Under the pieces are notes generated by a model. It was not told the origin of the DNA and did not search any database. It was given only the letters and a program-made list of their open reading frames with translations. Positions 38,588-50,187 of a stretch of DNA of 64,000 nucleotides are shown here, piece after piece. The stretch is from positions 127,297,226 to 127,361,225 of the forward strand of contig NC_068984.1 in the NCBI RefSeq assembly GCF_001194135.2. The letters run 5' to 3'. The position numbers and the translations under genes were made by a program. The stretch is from Octopus bimaculoides. Its lineage: Eukaryota. Positions within the stretch are counted from its first letter, which is position 1. Each line of letters starts with the position of its first letter.

Positions 38588-39101
38588 ATTCTGGATATAA
38601 CTACTAGTCTCCATGGGTCACCAAACTTTCATATATATACATATATAAAATTCATATTTGAATACATAAATGTATCTTATATTAATTACAACTTAAAATG
38701 ACCAGTTAATTATACCAACTATAAGTTTGGCTATATACAAGAAATTACCTTAATGAATTTTAATGACTCAAATATTTATCAGTATCACCTCCTATATTAC
38801 TCATATATTACTAGTAAATAAAAGCCATGATTGTGTGTGTGTGTGTGTGTGTGTATAGTGTACTAGGTACAACTACCTTATAGAAAGAAAGCACTCAGTA
38901 CATTTGTAGAGTAACAATTTATTGTGAGTATTGGTAAAAAAAGAAGTCAATGCCTCTCTGTGACTAACAGCTTTATTTTGAGCGGAAATGCTTGAGTATT
39001 CTCACTCTGTATTCTGGATATAACTACTAGTCCCCGTGGATTACCAAACTTTCATATATATATATATATAATTCATATTTGAAAATATAAATACATATTC
39101 T
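38588..39101 (+). repeat. About 90-bp direct repeat pair (38588-38678 and 39011-39101)
   Basis: attctggatataactactagtc..accaaactttcatatata..attcatatttgaa is present in both copies. Confidence 0.8.
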
Positions 39102-39342
39102 AGAGAAAACAAAAGAATTTTTGAATGCAGAATAGCTGTGAAAACAGCTTAGAGGATTGGGTAAATACCCTTAGAAGATGGAAAAAGTGACCAGCAAGCT
39201 GCTACAGAGAATCGAACCCTGTACATCACAAATTCCAGCTGAACCAGCCACTTTTTCCATCTTCTAAGGGTATTTACCCAATCTTCTAAGCTGCTTTCAC
39301 TGCTATTCTGTGTTAAAAAATTCCTTTATTTTCTGTAGAATA
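39096..39342. repeat. Foldback element: 94-bp inverted arms with a 59-nt loop
   Basis: Arms 39096-39189 and 39249-39342, 9 mismatches, inner 35 bp perfect. Confidence 0.92.
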
Positions 39343-39567
39343 CCAACTCAGTTGGCATGTCTAATTTTGCTTATAATATATATATATATGTATACATATA
39401 TACATGTACATATACATATATATATACTTACACATAAACAAATACATATATAATGTTAGTAATATTAAAGTGCAGGTAAGATAATAAAAAAGAAGCAGAA
39501 AGCGAAAAACCCACCACCATAAAACACCAGAACGGCCTGGTGAAGTAAAAACACACCAAAACATTAC

Positions 39568-39664
39568 CTGTGCTTCAATCTCAGCATCAATTTTTTTTTG
39601 CTCGTGAACAAGACCCCTATATTGTTTCTCAGATAAAAGTTGTTTCTCAAAGTCAGTCAGGGGC
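39568..39664 (-). CDS. AP1AR: AP-1 complex-associated regulatory protein (gadkin), internal exon, 97 nt
   Basis: Acceptor gtatag| and donor CAG|GTAATG. Encodes (R)PLTDFEKQLLSEKQYRGLVHEQKKIDAEIEAQ, aligning to human gadkin RPLTEEEIVDLRERHYDSIAEKQKDLDKKIQKE (recalled). Phase 2 in, phase 0 out. Confidence 0.9.
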
Positions 39665-40694
39665 CTATACATAGACAGGTTGGATAAATAAAACACCAAA
39701 AAACAAAAACAATGCACAATAAAAGCATAATATAAACAAAACAAAAAAAATATACACATTGAAAGAATCTAATGAAGTATACATGTTTACTACTTGTAAT
39801 ATAAATAAAGATTCACTACATGTGCTGAAGACAGAGAAACATACAATAGCAGTGTTGGATTGATACTATCTTTTCTTTTTTTTTGCCTTTCATGATCTGC
39901 CAATAATTCTGGTTAAATATTGTAATTCACTAAATACAGACTGGAATAATGCTGGGTCTTCACCCAGGAACAGTGAATCATTTCAATGATACATTATCCA
40001 ATTGGTATAAAATGCTACTGGATAGCAACAAGATGTTTACATGTTACACTTGAAATAGTTTACAAACAAACCAAAAAAAATAAATAAATAAAAACTATAT
40101 AAATAAGTTCATTCTTAGATTCAATAGAAATAATTCCATTATTCAGAGAATAGTTATAATTGTCATTTTCAAAGGTACAATGCCACAATTTTTTTTTTAA
40201 CATCTATTAATATTCAAAAAGAATAATGATAAAGAATCACATAATGATGATGATGATGCTCGTGTAATTATAACTTCAAAAATATTAACGAAATTTTAAA
40301 GCATATTTTTAATCAAAATAAATTTATTAAAAGTTCAAAGCTTTTTCTAAACCGAGAATCCCCAAACAGCAAGTGTATTTCAATGTTCTCTTCAATCAGT
40401 TCTTTTATTTACCATTACCAGAGATAATATATATTAGATCAACAAAGATCGATGATAGAATTGTTGGTCTGCATCAAAGTCTCAGCAACTTAAGTAGTTA
40501 TTATTTCAACAAGAATTTGATTGCTTTTTATCTATCAGTTTGCATAATGTTTTTAGATAATCCTCAACTAAGGGCTACAGATGATTACAGCTGATATTGA
40601 GTTGGAACTGTTGCAGTTATATGTGCATATAATGTATGTGTACATAACCTGCTAGAAGTAAATATTCAGTTTGTACTGTTGAATGCATGGTGCA

Positions 40695-40852
40695 TGTGTG
40701 TCTGAGTGGTAATAAGTTTGCTTCCCAACCACATGTTTCCTGGTTCAATTCCACTGTATAACACCTTGACAACTCTCTTCTATAGCCCTGAGTTAACTAG
40801 AACCTTGTGAGTGGATTTGGTAGATAGAAACTGAAAGACACCCATTTTGTGT

Positions 40853-40888
<36 letters not shown>

Positions 40889-41135
40889 GTGTTGTGTGTA
40901 TGAATATATCTTTACATGTGGGTCTTTATGTTTGTGTTTGTCCTCTGCCACCACTGGGTGACAGGTGTTGGTTTGTTTATATCCCTGTACCTTAGTGGTT
41001 TGACAAGATAAACCAACAGAATAAGTAACAGGTTTAAAAAAACCCAAAAAAAACTAAATACTGGGGTCGATTAGTTCAACCAAACCCTTCAAGATGGTGC
41101 CCCAGCATGACCCACAACCCAATGACTGAAACAAG
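40695..41135 (+). mobile_element. Family-B SINE, plus orientation; another plus copy at about 53200-53560 and a partial minus copy at about 41850-41960
   Basis: gagtggtaataagtttgcttcccaaccacatg..ggttcaattccactg..gtgagtggatttggtagatagaaactgaaag..gactgaaacaag. Confidence 0.8.
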
Positions 41136-41261
41136 TGATAAAGGAAGACTGCTTTACTTTTTTCTTTCAATATTGCAAAGGTTTCATGCGGTCACATTTC
41201 AAGCTGGTCCTTACTTTACATTATTTACAATAGATGGATAGGTGTCCTCATCTTGTTTGTT

Positions 41262-41310
41262 GTTACCACGTTTCGGCTGATGTACCCCTCCAGCCTTCAT
41301 CAGGTGTTCT
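41262..41310 (-). ncRNA. Degenerate minimal hammerhead-ribozyme-like motif (Penelope/retrozyme type)
   Basis: Minus strand ACAC-CUGAUGA-A-GGCUG-loop-CAGCC-GAAA-CGU-G. Core and stem II are present; the cleavage-site base and stem I 3' strand are disrupted. Confidence 0.45.
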
Positions 41311-41400
41311 GGTGGAATTTCGAACTCAACCCATTACTCAACTAATGGGGTACTCTGTTTTCATTCTTAAGGTATTCTTTTTTTCACTGATGTTATTTTT

Positions 41401-41495
41401 TTTGTTGATATTATTTCCCAAGTCCCTGCCTGGCTACTAACCCTTGGAATCTGAGTTCAATACCAAGCAGGAATTTGGGAAATAATATCAACAAA
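41401..41495. repeat. Inverted repeat, 33-bp arms, 29-nt loop
   Basis: tttgttgatattatttcccaagtccctgcctgg / ccaagcaggaatttgggaaataatatcaacaaa, 3 mismatches. It extends further through T and A tracts. Confidence 0.88.
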
Positions 41496-44188
41496 AAAAC
41501 AAAAATAAAATAACATGTGCCACCGGTGCAGGTGCTTTTTAAGTGGCACCAGTAAGATAATTGCAAATGAGTGTCACTGTCATATAAGTGGTGTCCTTTG
41601 TTTCCAATGTTCTGTGAAAACATGTCTAGCCATGGGGAAATATTACTTTACTTGGAAACCAATGAGGTTTGATGACAGGAAAGGATTACAACGTAAAATT
41701 TGACAGTAGAAAATATGCTTCAATGTATTTTGCTTCAGACATGAGTACAAAAAGGTGAATGTCTAAAACAAATACTGTGTGCACGTATGTGCGCATGTAC
41801 ATGTACATATCTTTTTGTAACATAATGGTTCTGCACATTTGTATCTATCAAATTCAACTGTTTTGCTTAACATCTGAAGCTGGAGTAGAAGACACTTGCT
41901 TAAGGTGCCATTGAATGGAAGCAAACCTAGAACCATGTAGTGGCAAAGTGAACTTTTTTACCATAGCCTCATTTATACTTTTAAACACACAAACACACAC
42001 ACACTCACGCACGCACGCACACAAAATGAGAGAGAAATAAATTATATCACTGATACACATAAAATATATACACAGCCACACACATACATTTGATATGCAC
42101 ATACTTTGTTCCACAAAAGTGTGATACAACAGTAGCAAGACGAAATGTTGAAAACAAAGATTTCTATTATCTCAAAACCACTTCATAGTTTCTTCTCTTT
42201 ATAAACTGTTGGCCATCAAACACTATTGAACACTGTTGAGATTTGTTTTATCTGTAACATCTTTACAATGTTAACTGCTGTTGAATAGAGAAACAATGTG
42301 TGATTAAGTGTGCACGTACTCTGTAATGTCTCCATTTTAATCCACAGCAGTTGTAATTTATTTCCGAAATCATTTCAAATCACTGCTAAAGTAGACAAAT
42401 GTGTATGTGCCATGGCCTAACAAGAAATATTACAACATTCCTCTTTATATCTTATGTCACAACTAATTAAGCTTAATTAAGAAACTAGCGTACATGTTAG
42501 AATGCTGCCAAAGTGATTCAGAAATAATTAAAACATTGCTTTTGTTCAATTCAATTAGGTCAACCTTAATCCAAAAGGTCCTTCTTTTTATCAGACAGTA
42601 AAATGGGAATTGAATGAAGTTTAGTTGCTATTTCTAGCAGTTTGAATTACAGTATAGAGTTTCTCTCAGGTAAAGTACATTATTGTGAGAAGACAACTAA
42701 AAGAAGAAATGTCAATTATATATCTTAAGATGTGAAATGCAATGGTTTTCATTTTTTATTGCCAAGGTCAGGAAAAGAGACTATGTCCATGAACTGTTCA
42801 ATTCCACTAAGGCTATTCAGGTTGATACAGCTTATGTTCAACTTTCAACCTGAAGTATCAATGTCACAAATGAATGAGGTCTGGGTGCAGAAGGTTAAGA
42901 AGGAGGAAAGGAAATCCTGATGTAAATTGCAATTACATTGATTTTGTTGAACTTCTTGATGGCTTTTGACCATTTGTAAGCAACATAGAGGAGCAGGTCC
43001 TTCTTAGATCCAGTTTCATGGAAGCCATATTGGTGATGAGTAATATTATCTGATTAGAAACTAATTGAAGTAACAGTTAGGAACTTGGAAGTTAGTGAAA
43101 TATAACCGAACCTTAAGGCAAAGAAGTGCTGAGAGTGCAAGTCAGAGAGGTCTACACATTTCTACAGAAGCCTAACTAATTATCACTTAAAAAGAAAAGA
43201 GAGGCTCAAGATGTTGGAGAAGGTGACTGATAATCATTCTTTCAACCTTCCTAGAAACATTGGAAGTGAGAGCAGCAGGTCAGATGTTGGATGAGCTTGA
43301 GAAGTTGCTCTTTTAATGGATGGAACTGTAACAGGTTTTCAAAGATTAGGAGAGATCCCTATAGAGAGGGTAATAAATGTGATGTTGCCAGGGCTAATGG
43401 CCTTGTTGACTTGAAGTATTTCTGCAGAAGTAAATCTGGACTTGACATGTATGGATACATAAAGATGAAGCTGTTGGAATGGAGGGTAGAGTGAGTTTTA
43501 AAATGTTTTAAAGGTTTTGTGAGAGTGTTTGTGAAAGTCAAAGATTTCTGTTGGAGCACTGTTTACAAAGACACCTTAAATGAAGAGAGGTGAGCAGAAA
43601 GATTCCAAAAAGTCAGTAGATATCCCTTCGGTAAGGAAGTAGAACTAACTGGAAGAGATTGCAGGATACGTGATGCATGAATACATTTCTGGCTTAAGAT
43701 TAAAGAGAATTTATGACAAGAAATTGAATAAAGAATTTGTATTTTGGGCATCATTTCACCAAAGGATCAAAACTCAATCCCAAACATTACACTAGAAACC
43801 AGTAGAGTGACAGTAATATAGTAAAACAGACGTTCAGTAACTTTAGTTGTGTTTTAAAAAAAGACTTTGATAGTCAATATTACACCAAAAGATAAGGTTA
43901 AAGTAATACCAAATTGTACATGTGTTTTAATGGCTATAATGACTATCATAGTACAATTGTTTTAATACCAACATAAAATTTCAAATCAAAGTTACTTGTC
44001 AAACATTCACAACTTAAAAAAAGACATAATAATGTCTTTTTAAAAAAGAAGATGCTTTATTTGGTAAATTGTCTTAGTTATTTAAGTGAGTGGTTAAAAT
44101 TGACAACTCTTATTATCCTGTTGAAAATTGTCTCAGTATTGAAATGATTTACTACAATACAGAAGGGATTAGATTTTTTTCCCCTTAC

Positions 44189-44208
44189 ATTAGTGAGCTC
44201 CGCATTTC
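44189..44208 (-). CDS. AP1AR: Candidate AP1AR micro-exon (EMRSSL + AT)
   Basis: catttattttgaag|GAAATGCGGAGCTCACTAAT|GTAAGG. It is 20 nt, phase 0 to 2, which fits the next exon. The human gene is recalled to have a short phase 0-to-2 exon here. Sequence similarity is weak. Confidence 0.25.
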
Positions 44209-45705
44209 CTTCAAAATAAATGTAAGCAACGTTTGTATGATTTATGTGATATCATGCATTTCAGAACTGGCTGACCAATGCAATCCTGAATGGTACTGTG
44301 TCATACAGGAATCTAAGTGTTAATGGGTCAAGAACATCATTATCCATATAAACACAGGTAGTAAGATATCCCAGGTAAGAGGGGAAATAGATTAAGCTCA
44401 ATGCTAGAGCTTGTCTAATTATTACTAAATAAATTGAATGAAAAACAGTCAACACAAGAATACTGACAAAAGTGTTTTATCACTGAACCATTCCATAGAA
44501 GTATAATCTAATTGTCTATACCAGTCACAAACTGGTTATATCCAAAACATTTTCAAAAGTTTTTTAATTGTAATATACTTTCCAAGACATAGAAAAAAAT
44601 AAGTAGGCAGCCAGCCATGATAACCAGCTGGTGCCAGCCAATTTCTAACATAAACATTTTGAAATGCTGGTTATTTTTGTAATTCATTAAGTATTAATGG
44701 TCTTTTGGAAATATCATAGCTGTTGAGATATGGCTTGTAAATGAGAATCATCCAGCTGCTAGTAGAGGAAGTATGTCTATTTTGTTTGAAATATCCACCA
44801 CAATTACAGCAGAAAATGTCGATCAAAAGACACGGCAGACTATAATGTTGTGATAGTATTAGAGTAAAATAAATGAGAAAAAAGTTAAGATTGGGATGGA
44901 GAACAAACAACAATGGCTAAATGATAAAGATACTACAGAATGGTTTTAATTGGTTGTTACTTTCAACAAGGAAAGAAAAAATAGAAACTACCCAAATCAA
45001 GTTGAAATGTTAAAAAATATTTCAAGAGACTCTAAAGAAGGTCATTCAACAATAAAATTTGTTTACAGTGTATTAATTAAATGTGTTGCAGGAATGTCAC
45101 AGATGAAATTGGTTTAAATAAAATACAGAAGCTGACAGAGAATGATTTTATGTGATTTTCAAGAGTATTTTTCAAGAGAAAAGCAGAATTTGTCTTCCAA
45201 CATTATCAAAAACTGGAACGCATAACACAAGCATCTTTGTTGCAACAAATCTAAGAAATTTTCTGTGAATTGTGCTAATACTATTTTCAATCTTTTAAAA
45301 GTTTTTAAAACAAATCTGGACCTGAGAAATACTAGGAAGATTTGATACAGACACAAAATAATAATTAGTTATTGCTTGACACTTTAATGCTGAAGAAAGT
45401 GTATAAATACGATTCAGAATAATGATATTTAACACTGTCTCAATGTCTATTCTTCAATGCTTGCATGAGTAGTTGGACGGAATTTTCTAAGATAGATTTT
45501 CTAATGCCAGATGCTCTTCCTGTCACCAACTCTCACCTGTTTCCAGGCAATATTTCCCCATCTTCAGATGTTTTCACAGAATATTGGAAATAAATTACAC
45601 TGCTTCTATGACAGTGATACTCATCTGCAACTATCTCATAATATCAGACCAAAAAAACACAAACATACTAATGTGTGCACACACATACACGCACACACAT
45701 ATAAT

Positions 45706-46370
45706 GGGTGAGCCAAAAAGTCTGTTCAGCTTTTGTCAACACTAAACTTCAAGCCCTCTAAGTTAGCTATTTCATGGACAGACTGAAGTAGCTAACTTCA
45801 GTCTGTCCATGAGCACTCATTAGATACTTGAGATACTTCAGTATAATTCAACATGAACTTGTGATGAGACAGATTGTATTTTGTGTGCAAGGCATCGCCC
45901 TGAGAATGGAGAACCAAAGCAAACATTATCGACACCTCATGCATTTTATTTTAAAAAGTGCAAGAAAGCAGTTGAAAGCTGTAGGAAGATATGCACTGTG
46001 AAAGGAGAGGATGTTATCATGGAATATGTGAGCCTGAAGTGGTTTCCAGTGTTCTGACTAGAAAATTTTTTGGATCAAGATGCACCTTGCTCTAGCCAGC
46101 CACCAGTGATTAATAGTGACAAACTAAAGGAATTAATACCAACCTCTACTATTTGACCAAGATGATTGCAGATATTCTCCAAATATCTAAATCGAGTGTT
46201 GAAAGCCATGTGCATCAACTTGGCTACATCAACAGGCCCAATATTTGGCTCCCACATCAACTGAATGAAGCTAACCCTGACCAACTGATTTCCATCTGTG
46301 ATTAGTTGCAGAAAAGTGAAGAAAAACAATCCTCCTTTGATGAGCATGATAACAAGGGATGAAAAAGTTT
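45706..46370 (+). mobile_element. Mariner 5' remnant (transposase N-terminus, pseudogenised)
   Basis: MENQSKHYRHLMHF..KKCKKAVESCRKICTV.GED...KWF...QDAPCSSQP...IADILQISKSSVESHVHQLGY. Confidence 0.75.
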
Positions 46371-46646
46371 TGATTTGTTTGCATTCCCATAACTTTGCAG
46401 TTTTGCAAAGGAAGCTGATAGGACAAGTACCAAGTTTAAAGATGATTTGTTTGACTAAAACACTTCAAGCTACAGTCCAATGACTGAAACAAATAAGAGG
46501 ATATCCTGACACATATGTTACACCTATTACTGACATATCCTAACAGACAAGGGCCATTCGTCGTTGCAAACTCCAGCAATCACTAACTCTTTCATTAGAT
46601 ATTTAATTACCTCAAAACAACACAGAATCCTGTACCACCACCAGTT

Positions 46647-46680
<34 letters not shown>

Positions 46681-47067
46681 NNNNNNNNNNNNNNNNNNNN
46701 NNNNNNNNNNNNNNNNNNNNNNNNNNNNNNNNNNNNNNNNNNNNNNNNNNNNNNNNNNNNNNNNNNNNNNNNNNNNNNNNNNNNNNNNNNNNNNNNNNNN
46801 NNNNNNNNNNNNNNNNNNNNNNNNNNNNNNNNNNNNNNNNNNNNNNNNNNNNNNNNNNNNNNNNNNNNNNNNNNNNNNNNNNNNNNNNNNNNNNNNNNNN
46901 NNNNNNNNNNNNNNNNNNNNNNNNNNNNNNNNNNNNNNNNNNNNNNNGGCGATATCGCCATCCGTTAGAGAAAAAATTGTAGTTTAGAATCAGTAGTTCC
47001 TTGACTGCTATTTCTAAATTTTCAGTATGTTGGTGAAGCAACTCATGCTGACCCCTATATATTTATG

Positions 47068-47109
<42 letters not shown>

Positions 47110-47846
47110 ACAGCAGTAATATCTTGATTGGTGTGAAAGGTAGTGGTGCAATACACACCAACACAGATAAGTGTAGAGGAACAGAAACTGGTGCACTTCA
47201 CCCAGATTCACTTTGCCTACCTCCACAATGACCACATTAAGAACCTACAAGAACAGACTGAGTAGTGAAAGAACTGTAACAGGCTACCCAGGCTACATAT
47301 TACCTGCTTTATAATAATAGACTATTACAGAATACATCTCAAGCACTGGATCTGTGGAGTACATCTCGATGCCACAGCTTTGCTCAGTTGGGGCATATTG
47401 AGGATACACAGCAACAGCAACAATTACTACAAACCAATTTAGTAGCCACAAGAAATTTTATAGTTCCTAGCAAACAGCCATATTATACATATTCAGTTTA
47501 AATCTGTGAGTTGGTGTATTGAAGACAGAAGATTGGTTCGTTGAACTGATTTCTGAGACACATTCTCCCCTGCTGTTTGTGATGTACCTCAGTGATTGGC
47601 TCTACGCCATTCTTTATATTGGTGAGTTCTTTTTCGTTTTCTTAATTCTGAGGAAGATAAATTCTACTAACAGACACTAATTACAGAAAAGGTAAAAAGA
47701 ATACATATAAAATCTGGAACTTTGAAATCAATATAATATTGCTATGAGAAGTGATTTTTGTCTATCTTCAGGCTGTCTATATCATTATGTAACATACTTA
47801 TTACTGAACAATATCAACTTAGTCCAAAATTTTATACACACACACA

Positions 47847-47886
<40 letters not shown>

Positions 47887-48298
47887 TTAAAGAATAAAAA
47901 GACTGGGTTAACAACTCAACATATCACACCCCCTCAATGAACATATATAAGAAATACAGCATAATCCGTCAAACATCCTCTGATTGTGCCGAAACCCGGG
48001 AATGGGAGGAGTGGAGCTATTGATAAGGATAGACAGGCAAGGACTGTTACTGGCACTCAAAATAAATTTAGGGGTGGCCAATGTAAATTATGTAATTGTA
48101 GAGACCCTCTATTATGTCCTTTGGGAGGGCTCTGTTTATGTACAAATGTGATATATAAGTGCACCGTCAGGGATGAGAACAAACTAAATAGGTTCTATAA
48201 GGGGTTCTTATAAGGTTGTTATCCACCCCTGATTGGAACTCTCCCGTATGACATGTGCACATGCTCAGTGACTTGCTTTAACTTCCGCAGATATGTTT

Positions 48299-48333
<35 letters not shown>

Positions 48334-49081
48334 NNNNNNNNNNNNNNNNNNNNNNNNNNNNNNNNNNNNNNNNNNNNNNNNNNNNNNNNNNNNNNNNNNN
48401 NNNNNNNNNNNNNNNNNNNNNNNNNNNNNNNNNNNNNNNNNNNNNNNNNNNNNNNNNNNNNNNNNNNNNNNNNNNNNNNNNNNNNNNNNNNNNNNNNNNN
48501 NNNNNNNNNNNNNNNNNNNNNNNNNNNNNNNNNNNNNNNNNNNNNNNNNNNNNNNNNNNNNNNNNNNNNNNNNNNNNNNNNNNNNNNNNNNNNNNNNNNN
48601 NNNNNNNNNNNNNNNNNNNNNNNNNNNNNNNNNNNNNNNNNNNNNNNNNNNNNNNNNNNNNNNNNNNNNNNNNNNNNNNNNNNNNNNNNNNNNNNNNNNN
48701 NNNNNNNNNNNNNNNNNNNNNNNNNNNNNNNNNNNNNNNNNNNNNNNNNNNNNNNNNNNNNNNNNNNNNNNNNNNNNNNNNNNNNNNNNNNNNNNNNNNN
48801 NNNNNNNNNNNNNNNNNNNNNNNNNNNNNNNNNNNNNNNNNNNNNNNNNNNNNNNNNNNNNNNNNNNNNNNNNNNNNNNNNNNNNNNNNNNNNNNNNNNN
48901 NNNNNNNNNNNNNNNNNNNNNNNNNNNNNNNNNNNNNNNNNNNNNNNNNNNNNNNNNNNNNNNNNNNNNNNNNNNNNNNNNNNNNNNNNNNNNNNNNNNN
49001 NNNNNNNNNNNNNNNNNNNNNNNNNNNNNNNNNNNNNNNNNNNNNNNNNNNNNNNNNNNNNNNNNNNNNNNNNNNNNNNNN
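48334..49081. other. Assembly gap (Ns); other gaps at 27613-27622 (approx.), 38443-38452, 46681-46947, 58231-58432
   Basis: Runs of N. The three large gaps each begin at a (TA)n tract. Confidence 0.98.
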
Positions 49082-49715
49082 CATACCAGCGCAATCGTCT
49101 CTCTTGCACACCACAACTGATGCTTCTTATGTTCAGCTTTTCTCTCAAGATACTTACACTCTGACGGGTATGCACACTGACATTACACATCCAACGGAGC
49201 ATACTGGCTTCATTCCTTGTGAGCTTACGCATGTCCTCAGCAGTCACAGCCCATGTTTCACTGCCATGTAGCATGGCTGTTCGTACACATGCATCATACA
49301 GTCTGCCTTTTACTCTGAGTGAGAGTCCGTTTGTCGTCAGCAGAGGTAAGAACTCTCTAAACTTTGCCCAGGCTATTCTTATTCTAGCAGCTACACTTTC
49401 AGCGCACCCACCCCCACTACTAACTTGGTCACCCAGATAGCGGAAGCTATCGACTACCTCTAGTTTTTCTCCCTGGAATGAGATAGAAGTTGTTTCCTGT
49501 TTGTTTACTGTGTTTATTGCACCTGAACATCTGCCACATACAAAAACTAACTTCCTAGTTAACCTGCCTTTGATATTGCTGCACCTCTTATGTGCCCATA
49601 GCTTGCACCGGGTACATCTTATAGAGTTACTACCTACTCCTTTTCTATATACTGAGCAGGGTCATCTACCTGAAGGGACAGCATTGAATCTAATATTCCT
49701 CTAATTATTAGACTT
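49082..49715 (-). mobile_element. RTE-clade LINE fragment (late RT with a Cys-rich insert), running into the gap
   Basis: PSGR*PCSVYRKGVGSNSIRCTRCKLWAHKRCSNIKG...VCGRC...MLHGSETWAVTAEDMRKLTRNEASMLRWMC...ERRLRWY. Confidence 0.9.
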
Positions 49716-49779
49716 TATAATGTGACTGTCCCTACCTCTTCTACACCTCATCATGCTCATGGCCAAATCAGCGAATGGT

Positions 49780-50055
49780 TGCTGAAAGCAGATTGGGATA
49801 AGGCAATACTTCCCTGAGAGGAGATATAAGCTCCTGCTTATTCCTGTCTGAAGTATCGTCCGATACTTCAGACTTATCGTCCGATGAATTTACTTTGTTG
49901 ACATTCTTCATCGACAGAATTTTTATACCTTTCAACCTTTCAGTCAAGTCCGCCTTTCTTCCAGTAACATACTGTCCCTATAATCTTAAATATTTCTTTA
50001 ACTCAGGCACAGTAAATACTTCGATAGCTGAATTATCGAGCTGCTTTATATCCAT
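49780..50055 (-). pseudogene. SAP-domain (DNA-binding) ORF fragment with one in-frame TAG
   Basis: MDIKQLDNSAIEVFTVPELKKYLRL*GQYVTGRKADLTERLKGIK... fits the SAP pattern xVxELKxxLxxxGxxxxGxKxxLxxRL. It is missed by the ORF track because of the stop at 49978-49980. Confidence 0.7.
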
Positions 50056-50187
50056 GATAAGACGTAAAACAATAACAATAGCGTGGATAGTCTGCGGAAG
50101 TTTAATTGTCTACATAGAGCGCCGCCTAGCCAAGGGAGATAACCTACTTATAGGCAAGCCCTATATAGGAAGCACGAAGAACTTTAA

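Larger units (their letters stand above)
48200..50162 (-). mobile_element. TIR DNA transposon of unresolved superfamily (3-bp ATA duplication), containing a gap, an RTE fragment and a SAP-domain pseudo-ORF
   Basis: Imperfect TIRs aggggttct-tataaggttgttatc / (reverse complement) agggcttgcctataagtaggttatc. Perfect 12-bp subterminal inverted motif aacttccgcaga at 48280-48291 and 50091-50102. ATA at 48197-48199 and 50163-50165. Confidence 0.65.

Noticed and set aside
39361-39567. Hydrophobic, transmembrane-like extension of the ORF past the AP1AR donor
   Set aside because: It is T-rich intron and (TA)n read in frame, and a good donor with a phase-matched next exon exists.
43300-43350. FENL motif on the minus strand, resembling gadkin EFENL
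   Set aside because: It has no splice signals or acidic context, and the surroundings look like LINE debris.
44400-45400. Possible decayed transposase or PLE RT (QQWLNDKDTTEWF)
   Set aside because: Too degraded to assign without a profile search.
46527-49274. Long ORFs of 134-351 aa
   Set aside because: They are made of X residues from assembly gaps; only the RTE part is real coding remnant.
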